This document shows, piece after piece, positions 27,265-36,797 of a DNA stretch of 64,000 bases. The notes under the pieces were generated by a model. The model was not told the origin of the DNA. It ran no database searches and worked only from the letters and a program-made list of their open reading frames with translations. The stretch comes from Ruminococcus sp. (lineage in GTDB: Bacteria; Bacillota; Clostridia; Oscillospirales; Acutalibacteraceae). The stretch spans positions 2,550 to 66,549 of the forward strand of contig JBGUUJ010000035.1 of the NCBI GenBank assembly GCA_045133455.1, in the 5' to 3' direction. The position numbers and the translations under genes are program-made. The stretch's first letter is position 1. Each line of letters opens with the position of its first letter.

Positions 27265-27925
27265 CGATGATATTACTCCACAGCTTTTTAAGGACGAGTT
27301 GAACAGCGGCAAAGGAAACATCACTGTATGGATTAACTCTCCCGGTGGTGACTGCGTGGCCGCCGCACAGATTTACAATATGCTGATGGACTACAAGGGT
27401 AATGTCACAGTCAAGATTGACGGAATTGCAGCCTCTGCCGCATCGGTAATTGCCATGGCAGGAAATACAGTATTGATGTCACCTGTTTCAACAATGATGA
27501 TACACAACCCTGCAACCATCGCTATGGGCGACCACAACGAAATGCAAAAGGCTATTGAGATGCTTAATGAGGTGAAGGAAAGTATCATCAATGCCTACGA
27601 AATTAAAACAGGCTTATCAAGAGCAAAGCTGTCACACTTAATGGATTCTGAAACCTGGATGAACGCAAACAAGGCTGTCGAGCTTGGCTTTGCAGACGGT
27701 ATTATTTCACGAGATGCTTTTCCCGAAAAGGAAGATGACGAGGACGAAGATGAAGAGGAAAAGGAGAAAAATAACCCCTGTGAGAATTCAGTCCTGTTTT
27801 CACGCAAGGCGGTAAATACGGCTTTGATAAACAAAATTGAAAAGCACTATTCAAAGAATGTTTCAAGGAACACAGGAACAGACATCACAGACCTTGAAAA
27901 AAGACTTAATTTATTAAAACCTTAA
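27167..27925 (+). CDS. ClpP-like (S14) head maturation protease
   Basis: INSPGGDC...IDGIAASAASVIAMAG...MMIHNP. Confidence 0.85.
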   Translation: MKKFWKWKNQTQNSPTERVLTLNGTIAEESWFDDDITPQLFKDELNSGKGNITVWINSPGGDCVAAAQIYNMLMDYKGNVTVKIDGIAASAASVIAMAGNTVLMSPVSTMMIHNPATIAMGDHNEMQKAIEMLNEVKESIINAYEIKTGLSRAKLSHLMDSETWMNANKAVELGFADGIISRDAFPEKEDDEDEDEEEKEKNNPCENSVLFSRKAVNTALINKIEKHYSKNVSRNTGTDITDLEKRLNLLKP

Positions 27926-27939
27926 GGAGGAATTTTACA

Positions 27940-29154
27940 ATGGCAAAAATTAACGAACTTCGTGAGAAACGAGCAAAAATCTGGGAACAGGCAAAAGCAT
28001 TCCTTGATGCCCACAGAAACGAAACCGGTATTCTTTCAGCGGAAGATACCGCAGTTTATGAAAAGATGGAAAAGGATATTGTTGATCTCGGTCACGAAAT
28101 TGAGCGTCAGCAAAGAGCAGACGACCTTGAAAGAGAGTTGAATCTCCCGACAAGCATACCCCTTGTTTCAAAACCCGATAACGCCAATCGTGAGAGTAAA
28201 ACAGGCACTGCTTCTGAAAAGTACAACAAAGCATTCTGGAATCAGATGAGAAACCGCTCTACGCAGGAGGTCAGAAACATTCTCAGTGAGGGTGTTGACA
28301 GCGAGGGCGGTTTTCTTGTGCCGGAAACCTTTGAAAACACACTTGTACAGGCACTTGACGAAGAGCTTGTAATCCGTCAGCTTGCACATACATTTACAAC
28401 TGCGTCAAACGCACACAAAATTCCTGTTGTTGCTACAAGAGGTAAGGCGATGTGGACAGAGGAGAACGCTGCAATTACCGACAGCGATACATCATTCGGT
28501 CAGAAAACAATCGGTGCGCATAAGCTGTGTGCTTTAATCAAGGTGTCTGAAGAGCTTTTAAACGACTCCGCATTCGACCTTGAAAGTTACTTCAATCAGG
28601 AGTTTGCAAGACGAATTGGTGAAGCTGAAGAGGAAGCCTTTGTTATCGGTGACGGCAGTGCAAAGCCTTACGGAATTTTTGATGACAGCGAGGGCGGTGA
28701 AGTCGGTGTGACAGCTGCATCAACGGTAACTATCACTGCCGATGAGCTTATCGACCTTTATTACAGCCTTAAAGCGCCATACCGTAAAAACGGTGTATGG
28801 CTCTTAAATGACAGTACGGTAAACAGTATCAGAAAACTAAAGGACAGCAACGGCCAGTATTTATGGCAGCCGTCAATCAAAGACGGTGAAACCGACACTC
28901 TTCTCGGCAAGCCTGTTTATACATCAGCGCCAATCGCAAATGCAGCGTCCGGCACAAAGCCGATTGCATTCGGCGACCTTTCGTATTACTGGATTGGTGA
29001 CAGACAGGGTGTAACCTTTAAGCGACTTAATGAACTGTACGCAGCAAACGGACAGGTCGGTTTCCTTGCAACAAAGCGACTTGATGCAAGACTGATTTTA
29101 CCGGAAGCTGTAAAGCTCCTCAAGATGAAAGGCACTGTAGCTTCAACAGGCTGA
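27940..29154 (+). CDS. major capsid protein (HK97 family)
   Basis: Position after protease; N-terminal coiled delta-domain, then GGFLVPETF... Confidence 0.88.
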   Translation: MAKINELREKRAKIWEQAKAFLDAHRNETGILSAEDTAVYEKMEKDIVDLGHEIERQQRADDLERELNLPTSIPLVSKPDNANRESKTGTASEKYNKAFWNQMRNRSTQEVRNILSEGVDSEGGFLVPETFENTLVQALDEELVIRQLAHTFTTASNAHKIPVVATRGKAMWTEENAAITDSDTSFGQKTIGAHKLCALIKVSEELLNDSAFDLESYFNQEFARRIGEAEEEAFVIGDGSAKPYGIFDDSEGGEVGVTAASTVTITADELIDLYYSLKAPYRKNGVWLLNDSTVNSIRKLKDSNGQYLWQPSIKDGETDTLLGKPVYTSAPIANAASGTKPIAFGDLSYYWIGDRQGVTFKRLNELYAANGQVGFLATKRLDARLILPEAVKLLKMKGTVASTG

Positions 29155-29168
29155 TAGGAGTGCATTAA

Positions 29169-29483
29169 ATGACTGACGAGCTTTTACAAAAGGTAAAACA
29201 GAACCTTATCCTTGAACACAACGAAGATGATGAGCTGTTGAAAATGTACATAACAGCCGCCGTTTCCTATGCCGAAAGCTATCAGCACATCAGCGAGGGA
29301 TATTATTCCGAAAACCCTATGCCGCCTACAACTGAACAGGCTGTAATTATGCTTGCGAGCCATTTCTACGAAAGCAGAGATGGCTCAACAGGCGGCTTTT
29401 TCGCTGATAATGTTCAAGCAGGACAACAGGTTTTTAACACGGTAAATCTATTGTTGCGACTTGACCGTAATTGGAAGGTGTAG
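29169..29483 (+). CDS. head-tail connector (gp6-like)
   Basis: Size, position, and LKMYITAAVSYAESY pattern. Confidence 0.65.
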   Translation: MTDELLQKVKQNLILEHNEDDELLKMYITAAVSYAESYQHISEGYYSENPMPPTTEQAVIMLASHFYESRDGSTGGFFADNVQAGQQVFNTVNLLLRLDRNWKV

Positions 29484-29485
29484 TT

Positions 29486-29818
29486 ATGAGCTTTGGCAAA
29501 ATGAATTCATTTATTGAAATCGTAAAGAAAAGCATTGATACTGATGATGAGGGTTTCAAAACGGAAAATCTGAAAACCGTTGCAAAGGTAAGAGCATATC
29601 GTGAGGGTCGGCACGGCAGTGAAAAATGGGCAAACAGAGCCACCTTTTCAACTGCTACCGACCTGTTTCGTTTTCGGTGTATTCCAAATGTTGAGGTTAC
29701 AACCGATATGATGATACTATGCGATAACAGAAAGTTTGAAATCATATCGGTTGAAAATGTGAAGGGCAGAAATATGTACATTGAGGTGCTTGCAAAGGAG
29801 GTAAAGCCAAGTGGCTAA
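29486..29818 (+). CDS. head closure / head-tail adaptor
   Basis: Position and size only. Confidence 0.55.
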   Translation: MSFGKMNSFIEIVKKSIDTDDEGFKTENLKTVAKVRAYREGRHGSEKWANRATFSTATDLFRFRCIPNVEVTTDMMILCDNRKFEIISVENVKGRNMYIEVLAKEVKPSG

Positions 29819-30242
29819 GGTTGATGTTAAAATGCCCGAGGACTTTCTTTTAAAGCTATCTCGGCTCGGTGACAAAACAGATGAAATCTGCGAAAAGGCG
29901 CTCAATGCCGGCGGTGAGGTTGTTCTTGCAAAGGTTAAGAGCAATCTTTCCTCTGTTATCGGCAAGGACACAAAAACGGATTCACGCTCTACGGGTGAGC
30001 TTGAAAAATCTCTCGGACTTTCTCCTGTTTTGATTGATGATAACGGAAACGCAAACATCAAGATAGGCTTTAAAGAACCTCGTTCTGACGGTGAAAGCAA
30101 CGCAAAAATTGCAAGCATAATCGAATACGGTAAGCAAGGTCAGCCGCCTAAGCCTTTCTTAAAACCCGCAAGAACATCATCAAAAAAGGCTTGTGTAAAG
30201 GCAATGGTTGATACTCTTGAGCAGGAGGTAAAGAACCTATGA
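29811..30242 (+). CDS. HK97 gp10-family tail-head joining protein
   Basis: IIEYGKQGQPPKPFLKPA motif. Confidence 0.7.
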   Translation: MAKVDVKMPEDFLLKLSRLGDKTDEICEKALNAGGEVVLAKVKSNLSSVIGKDTKTDSRSTGELEKSLGLSPVLIDDNGNANIKIGFKEPRSDGESNAKIASIIEYGKQGQPPKPFLKPARTSSKKACVKAMVDTLEQEVKNL

Positions 30243-30583
30243 GCCTTTTGTCAGAATTAAAAAGCATAGCTGAAAGCCTGAACATCAAGGTTGAAACAGG
30301 TGTGTTTTCGGACGCACCGCCTGATGAATACATTGTGCTGACACCTCTTGCCGACAGCTTTGAAATGCACTGCGACAATCTGCCGGAATACGAAGTTCAA
30401 GAGGTGCGGATTTCGATTTTTTCAAAAGGCAATTACACAGCCTTAAAACGCAAGCTGACTGCATCAATATTAAAAGCCGATATTTCAATTACTGACCGAA
30501 GATACATAGGTCACGAGGACGATACCGGCTATCATCACTATGCCGTTGATACGGCAAAATCATATAGAATGGAGGAATTTTAA
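30239..30583 (+). CDS. tail completion-type protein
   Basis: Position and size only. Confidence 0.45.
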   Translation: MSLLSELKSIAESLNIKVETGVFSDAPPDEYIVLTPLADSFEMHCDNLPEYEVQEVRISIFSKGNYTALKRKLTASILKADISITDRRYIGHEDDTGYHHYAVDTAKSYRMEEF

Positions 30584-31170
30584 TGGCAACAATCGGACTT
30601 GATAAGCTATTTTATTCAAAGATTACAGAAGATGAAAACGGCGAAGAAACCTACGCAACACCTGTACCTCTTGCAAAGGCTATGACCGCAGAGCTTTCAA
30701 TAGAGCTTGCCGAGGCTACTCTCTATGCCGATGACGGTGCATCGGAAATTGTCAAGGAATTTCAAAGCGGAACGCTGACTCTCGGCATTGACGACATCGG
30801 AACTGCTGTTGCAGAGGATTTAACAGGAGCGAAAATCGACAGCAACAAGGTTCTCATTTCCGCAGGCGAGGACGGTGGATGTCCTGTTGCAGTGGGTTTC
30901 AGAGCGAAAAAGTCAAACGGAAAATATCGCTACTTCTGGCTTTACAGAGTTAAATTCGGAATCCCTGCAACGAATCTTACCACCAAGGGCGAAAGCATAG
31001 AATTTTCCACACCGTCAATCGAGGGTACTGTGACAAGGAGAAACAAGCCCGACACGCAGGGCAAGCACCCATGGAAAGCCGAGGTAAATGAGGACGATAC
31101 CGCAGTTAATTCAACCACAATTTCAAACTGGTACAAACAGGTTTACGAGCCTGTTTACTCAGCAGGATAA
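30583..31170 (+). CDS. major tail protein (phi13-like)
   Basis: MATIGLDKLFYSKITED... start; position before the chaperone pair. Confidence 0.75.
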   Translation: MATIGLDKLFYSKITEDENGEETYATPVPLAKAMTAELSIELAEATLYADDGASEIVKEFQSGTLTLGIDDIGTAVAEDLTGAKIDSNKVLISAGEDGGCPVAVGFRAKKSNGKYRYFWLYRVKFGIPATNLTTKGESIEFSTPSIEGTVTRRNKPDTQGKHPWKAEVNEDDTAVNSTTISNWYKQVYEPVYSAG

Positions 31171-31185
31171 TAACGGAGGTAAGCT

Positions 31186-31569
31186 ATGGACAGCGAAAGA
31201 AGTACAAAAATAAAAATCGGTGAAAATGAATATAGCCTTGTCTTAACCACAAAGGCTACAAAAGAGATTGCCGCAAGGTACGGCGGCCTTGAGAACCTTG
31301 GTGACAAGCTGATGAAAAGTGAAAACTTTGAAATGGCTCTCGATGAGGTTATCTGGCTTATTACTCTCCTTGCCAATCAAAGTGTTCTCATTCACAACCT
31401 CAAAAATCCCGATGATAAAAAGCCGTTGCTTAAAGAGGACGAGGTCGAGCTTTTGACATCACCGTTTGATTTGGCAGAGTACAAATCAGCAATTATGGAG
31501 TCGATGTACAAAGGCACAAAGAGAAATATCAAAAGCGAGGACAACCAAAAAAACACAGCAGTCGGGTAA
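31186..31569 (+). CDS. tail assembly chaperone (G-like)
   Basis: Position between major tail and tape measure genes. Confidence 0.7.
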   Translation: MDSERSTKIKIGENEYSLVLTTKATKEIAARYGGLENLGDKLMKSENFEMALDEVIWLITLLANQSVLIHNLKNPDDKKPLLKEDEVELLTSPFDLAEYKSAIMESMYKGTKRNIKSEDNQKNTAVG

Positions 31570-31757
31570 GTGACGATGAGTTCTTTACCCGACTGCTTTA
31601 TTACGGTGTAGTTCAGCTGAACTTATCACTTGACGAAACTATGCTTATGCCCCTCGGACTTCTCCTTGACTTGCTTGAATGTCATAAGCAGTACAACGGC
31701 CTTGCAAAGCCGAAAAGAAATTTGACGATTGATGATATTATTCCGTATGGAATTTGA
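31186..31757 (+). CDS. tail assembly chaperone GT-like product via -1 frameshift
   Basis: A7 slippery run 31547-31553; the -1 frame stays open to TGA 31755-31757. Confidence 0.55.
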
Positions 31758-31772
31758 TTATTCTGAAAAGGA

Positions 31773-31801
31773 TTGAGATTTATTAAGCGGTATGATATAA
31801 T
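31773..31801 (+). promoter_or_regulatory. sigmaA-type promoter of hydrolase moron
   Basis: TTGAGA, 17-nt spacer, TATAAT. Confidence 0.6.
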
Positions 31802-31876
31802 TAGCTCATTGATAAATCGGAATTTGAAAACAGACATTTATATTTTATTTGCAGTTTTAAAAGAAAGAATGGAATT

Positions 31877-32980
31877 ATGAAAAGGAAACTTAAGAAAATC
31901 ATGCTTATTCTATTAATTATTATTACCGCTGTTATTGTGCTTGCGGTACTGTCAGTTTTTGTTTCACGCCTGATAAACAGCAATAAAAACAAAATTGATA
32001 CCCAGAACGGAATTCAGGAATCCACATACATAGACATAGACGGGATGAAACAGTATATTCAGATTCGTGGAGAAAATACCGAAAATCCTGTTATGATTTT
32101 CATTCACGGTGGTCCTGCAAGTCCTATGGGATATGTTTCGGCTTATTATCAGAGAGAACTTGAATCCCAGCTTACTATTATCAACTATGACCAGCGTGGA
32201 TGCGGAAGAACTTACTACGCAAATGACTGCGACACAAATGCCGACATTGATTTGCTTGTTGACGACCTTAATTCAATCGTTGAATATGCAAAAGAACGCT
32301 TTGGCAAGGATAATGTAATTATTGCAGGACATTCTTGGGGGACTGTAATCGGCAGTATCTATGTGCAGGAACATCCTGAAAATGTAAGCTGTTATATCGG
32401 CATCAGTCAGGTTACAAACCTCTATGAAAACAAGCTGAACGCCGCACGAACGGCTCTTGAAAAAGATGAAATCAAAGGAACAGAAGATGAACAAAAGCTT
32501 ACAGAACTTATCAAAAGAATGAGTCAGGTCAAAAAATATGACGATATGTCGATTGACGACCTTAGTCAGCTTGTTTCAATAACTTCAAAGTACATTGCCT
32601 GTGAAGGTGAAATGTCAGGACTTTCTCAGATGATTACGGGCATTACTTCTCCTGATATGAATTTTGATGATGTGAAATGGTTTATGTCACAAATGGATAC
32701 AGAAAAATTCTTTTCTCAGAACAGAGAAATAATGGAGTATGCTTTCTTTGGCTTTGATATTGATACGCTTTCAAAAGCCTATGATGTGCCTGTATATTAT
32801 CTTGCCGGCAAGAGCGATTATGCTGTTTGTCAGAAAGATGTTGAGGCTTATTATGAAAATATAGAAGCACCCGACAAAGACTTTTATTGGCTTGAAAATA
32901 CAGGGCACAGTATGTTTATGGATAATCCGAAACTGTATTGTGATACTATAAAAGTTATTTTATCCAAAATTGATAATTGA
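31877..32980 (+). CDS. membrane-anchored alpha/beta hydrolase (prolyl aminopeptidase-like)
   Basis: N-terminal TM IMLILLIIITAVIVLAVLSVFV; HGGP oxyanion motif; nucleophile elbow GHSWG; visibly AT-rich. Confidence 0.8.
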   Translation: MKRKLKKIMLILLIIITAVIVLAVLSVFVSRLINSNKNKIDTQNGIQESTYIDIDGMKQYIQIRGENTENPVMIFIHGGPASPMGYVSAYYQRELESQLTIINYDQRGCGRTYYANDCDTNADIDLLVDDLNSIVEYAKERFGKDNVIIAGHSWGTVIGSIYVQEHPENVSCYIGISQVTNLYENKLNAARTALEKDEIKGTEDEQKLTELIKRMSQVKKYDDMSIDDLSQLVSITSKYIACEGEMSGLSQMITGITSPDMNFDDVKWFMSQMDTEKFFSQNREIMEYAFFGFDIDTLSKAYDVPVYYLAGKSDYAVCQKDVEAYYENIEAPDKDFYWLENTGHSMFMDNPKLYCDTIKVILSKIDN

Positions 32981-33042
32981 TTTCTTGGAGATTATTTTAG
33001 CTCGCAATATCAAAATTCAATTTATCTATACAATAATTTCAA

Positions 33043-33109
33043 GGAGTAACCTTTTTGGGGTTGCTCCTTTTAATATGCATTTAGCACAGAGCCTTATGGC
33101 TCTTTTTTT
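33043..33109 (+). terminator. two consecutive Rho-independent terminators after the hydrolase gene
   Basis: ggagtaacc/ggttgctcc followed by TTTT (33043-33071); agagcc/ggctct followed by T7 (33088-33109). Confidence 0.7.
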
Positions 33110-33135
33110 ATACCCTAAAATGAGGAGGTGACAGA

Positions 33136-35745
33136 ATGGCAGATAATTTCGGACTGAAAATCGGTGTTGAGGGCGAAAAGGAATTTAAGAAAGCTTTGTC
33201 TGAAATAAATCAGAATTTCAAGATGCTGGGTTCTGAAATGAAGCTTGTTTCCTCGCAGTTTGATAAGAACGATAAATCGGTAGATGCACTCACCGCTCGA
33301 AACAAGGTTCTTAACAAAGAGATTGACGAGCAAAAAAACAAGATTGAACTGTTGAAACAGGCTCTTGATAACGCATCAACTTCCTTTGGTGAGAATGACC
33401 GCAGAACACAGCAGTGGCAGATAAAGCTCAATAACGCACAGGCAGCTCTCAACGACCTTGAAAAGGAGTTAAAGGACAACAACGATACCCTCGACAAAAC
33501 GGCTGACGAGCTTAACGATGCCGAAAAAGAGGCTGACGATTTCGGTGATGAAATTGATGATGCCGGAAAGCAAAGCGACAGTGCAGGCGGCAAATTCAGC
33601 AAGGTAAAAGGAGTTGTTGCAGGCTTTGGTAAGGCACTTGCCGGTGCGACAGCTGCAATAGGTGCCGCCGCAGTTGCTACAGGCAAAAAGCTGAAGGATA
33701 TGGCAGACGTTACTGCCGCCGCTGGAGATGAAATCGACAAGAACTCTCAACGGCTCGGACTTTCCAAAACAGCATATCAGGAGTGGGACTATGTTCTTTC
33801 GCAGTCGGGCGTTGATATAAACAGTGTTCAGACAGGATTTAAGTCAATGACAAATTCCATTGACGATGCGAAAAACGGCTCTGAAACTGCGATTAAAAAG
33901 TTCACAGATTTGGGAGTTTCAATGTCGGATTTAAAGACAATGAGCCGTGAGGATATTTTTGGCAAGGCGGTTGAGGGACTGCAAAACATCACTGACGATA
34001 CAACAAAGGCAGCTCTTGCGAATGACCTCTTCGGAAAAAGCGGTCAGAATATTATGCCCCTTTTAAACTCCACAGCCGACAGCACACAAAACCTAAAGGA
34101 CAAGGCACACGAGCTTGGTATGGTTATGTCCGATGAGGCGGTGCAGGCGGCTGTTGATTACACAGACAATATGGACACTCTGCAGAGAACCTTCAGCGGC
34201 CTGAAAAATTCGATTATGGGTGATATCCTGCCCGGCTTTAATGACATTCTCTTAGGTCTTACCGGACTTATGACAGGTACTGACGGAGCAAAACAACAGC
34301 TCCAGCTCGGCGCACAGGAGATTGTAACATCAATATCAGGAATATTTCCACAGCTGACTGAAATTCTTTTGACACTCGTCACCGCAATCGCAGGAGTAGC
34401 ACCGTCAATCATTCAAGCACTCGTCACAGGAATAGCAGAAAATCTGCCTGTTTTAGTTGAGTCGGCATCAAACATAATTCTTACATTTGTTTCAAGCATA
34501 ATACTTGCCTTACCTCAAATAACCGAGGGTGCGTTGCAGCTTGTAATGACTTTAACAAACGGAATAATTGAAAACTTGCCTTTACTCTTAACAGCCGCAA
34601 TTCAGGTAATCGCAACTCTTGTAACAGGCATAGCAGAAGCACTGCCACAGCTGATTCCGTCAATGGTAGAGTGCATTGTCACAATGGTACAAGGACTGAT
34701 TGATAATCTTCCCTTACTCCTTGATGCCGCACTTCAGTTAATCACGGGACTTGCACAAGGACTTCTTGACGCACTTCCTGTTTTGATAGCCGCACTGCCC
34801 GATATTATCATCGGAATAGTAACCTTTCTGCTTGATTCAATTCCGCAGATTATCGATGCCGGAATAAAACTCCTCACTTCCCTTGTTGACGCTCTGCCGC
34901 AGATTATTACGGCAATCGTGAACGCAATCCCGAAAATCATAAACGGCATAATCAATGCAGTTCTGAACGCAATACCGCAAATTATTCAAGCCGGAATTGA
35001 TTTACTAATAGCCTTAATCAGAGCCTTACCGCAGATTATCACAACGATTGTGAAAGCAATTCCGCAGATAATTTCGGGAATAGTTGATGCGTTAATCGGA
35101 AACATCGACAAGATTATTATGGCCGGTGTTGAGCTGTTCATAGCACTGATTGAAAATCTGCCGACTATCATTGTTGAGATTGTAAAGGCAGTTCCTCAGA
35201 TTATCGCAGGCATTGTCAAGGCTTTCGGCTCGCTTATGGGTAAAATTGTTGAAATTGGCGGCAACATTGTAAAGGGCCTGTGGGACGGCATCTGCGGTCT
35301 TGCATCGTGGCTGTGGGATCAGGTGTCCGGCTGGATTTCAGGCATCTGGGACGGCATTTGCAGCTTTTTCGGTATTCACTCTCCGTCAAAAGAGATGGCG
35401 TGGGTCGGCGAAATGCTTGTAAAAGGTCTTGCCGGCTCGATTGATGATAACGGTGATGAGGCTGTAAAAGCCGCTGAAAATATGAGCAGTGATATTTCAG
35501 ATGTTATGAACACACTTTCTGACGATATGAAAACTGCGTTGCCTACCGATTTTTCGGTTGACGGAAATATAAAGAGTTCGCTTGATTCCGTTAATTCGTC
35601 TATCGGTGAACAAGGCGGTTTATCTCTAATACTAAACATTACAAACTTCAACAACTATTCAAGCGAGGATATAAATCAGCTGACAAACGAAATTATGGAA
35701 ACTGCAGGACAGTTTGCAAAAAGGAAAGGTATGGTGTTTGCGTGA
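33136..35745 (+). CDS. tape measure protein
   Basis: 869 aa; coiled-coil N-terminus; long repetitive LPQII/IPQII hydrophobic repeats. Confidence 0.9.
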   Translation: MADNFGLKIGVEGEKEFKKALSEINQNFKMLGSEMKLVSSQFDKNDKSVDALTARNKVLNKEIDEQKNKIELLKQALDNASTSFGENDRRTQQWQIKLNNAQAALNDLEKELKDNNDTLDKTADELNDAEKEADDFGDEIDDAGKQSDSAGGKFSKVKGVVAGFGKALAGATAAIGAAAVATGKKLKDMADVTAAAGDEIDKNSQRLGLSKTAYQEWDYVLSQSGVDINSVQTGFKSMTNSIDDAKNGSETAIKKFTDLGVSMSDLKTMSREDIFGKAVEGLQNITDDTTKAALANDLFGKSGQNIMPLLNSTADSTQNLKDKAHELGMVMSDEAVQAAVDYTDNMDTLQRTFSGLKNSIMGDILPGFNDILLGLTGLMTGTDGAKQQLQLGAQEIVTSISGIFPQLTEILLTLVTAIAGVAPSIIQALVTGIAENLPVLVESASNIILTFVSSIILALPQITEGALQLVMTLTNGIIENLPLLLTAAIQVIATLVTGIAEALPQLIPSMVECIVTMVQGLIDNLPLLLDAALQLITGLAQGLLDALPVLIAALPDIIIGIVTFLLDSIPQIIDAGIKLLTSLVDALPQIITAIVNAIPKIINGIINAVLNAIPQIIQAGIDLLIALIRALPQIITTIVKAIPQIISGIVDALIGNIDKIIMAGVELFIALIENLPTIIVEIVKAVPQIIAGIVKAFGSLMGKIVEIGGNIVKGLWDGICGLASWLWDQVSGWISGIWDGICSFFGIHSPSKEMAWVGEMLVKGLAGSIDDNGDEAVKAAENMSSDISDVMNTLSDDMKTALPTDFSVDGNIKSSLDSVNSSIGEQGGLSLILNITNFNNYSSEDINQLTNEIMETAGQFAKRKGMVFA

Positions 35746-36797
35746 ATTATTTTGAATACAACGGTGTCAAATCGTCTGATATGGGTCTGCGTATTCAGAG
35801 CAAGAATGTTTATTCTTCTCCGAAATTTGATTCGCAGTTTATTTCAGTGCCGGGCAGAAACGGTGATTTGATTGTTTCAAATAACAGGTTCGAAAACATT
35901 CAGATAAGCTACAATGTTTTTCTGTCGGCAAAGTCCGTTGATGAGCTTGCAGAAAAACTTCTGAAGGTCAAGGCTTGGCTATATTCACAGCCGACAGGAT
36001 ACCACACTCTTACTGACAGCTATGATAAGAAATTCTTCCGCAAGGCAGTGTTTGCATCTTCTCTTGATATTGAGGACGAGTTAAACAAAATCGGTGTGTT
36101 TACAATCAGCTTTAACTGCAAGCCGTTTAAATACAGCTTTGACGGTGATATGCCACACTACATAAAAGGTACGGTGTCTGATTTCAGCTTGATTTTCTGC
36201 CGAATGGACGGTTCAAACAGTGTAAATAACTGGGATAATCGTTGGAATCAGACTGTTGATTTAAAGCTTAGCGGTGAAAACAATATGTATATAATTGCCG
36301 AAAACTCATGGGGTGACGGTAACTGGGGTATATATTCGCCCGCACAGCCAAACACAGTATATCTCAAGGTAAATGAAAACTGGAAAAAGGACAATGCTCG
36401 TTTTGCCGTTTTCATCTTCGGCAGTGGCGGTGAATATTGGTATTCAATGACGAATGTTGGCGGTGACATTTACAGTGCTGTTTTGCCGACACCCTCATAC
36501 ACAACACTCGAAAATCCATATGTTTTTGAGAGCAAGCCGTATATCCGAGTATTTGGTAATGGCGACGGAAGTCTTGCCATTGAAACGCAGAACGGCAGAC
36601 AGCAGTGGAATTTCAGCAGTATTGATGAATACTTTGAAATTGACAGCGAACAGATGAATTTCTACAAGGATACCGTCCTTAAAAATGATACCGTAACAGG
36701 AAGTGGTTTTCCCACACTTGCTCCCGGCGAAAACAAATTCATTCTCGGCGGTGGGGTTACAAATCTTTCTGTATTTCCAAGGTGGTGTACGCTATGA
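35742..36797 (+). CDS. distal tail protein (Dit-like)
   Basis: Position after tape measure; FEYNGVKSSDMGLRI...SVPGRNGDL. Confidence 0.7.
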   Translation: MNYFEYNGVKSSDMGLRIQSKNVYSSPKFDSQFISVPGRNGDLIVSNNRFENIQISYNVFLSAKSVDELAEKLLKVKAWLYSQPTGYHTLTDSYDKKFFRKAVFASSLDIEDELNKIGVFTISFNCKPFKYSFDGDMPHYIKGTVSDFSLIFCRMDGSNSVNNWDNRWNQTVDLKLSGENNMYIIAENSWGDGNWGIYSPAQPNTVYLKVNENWKKDNARFAVFIFGSGGEYWYSMTNVGGDIYSAVLPTPSYTTLENPYVFESKPYIRVFGNGDGSLAIETQNGRQQWNFSSIDEYFEIDSEQMNFYKDTVLKNDTVTGSGFPTLAPGENKFILGGGVTNLSVFPRWCTL

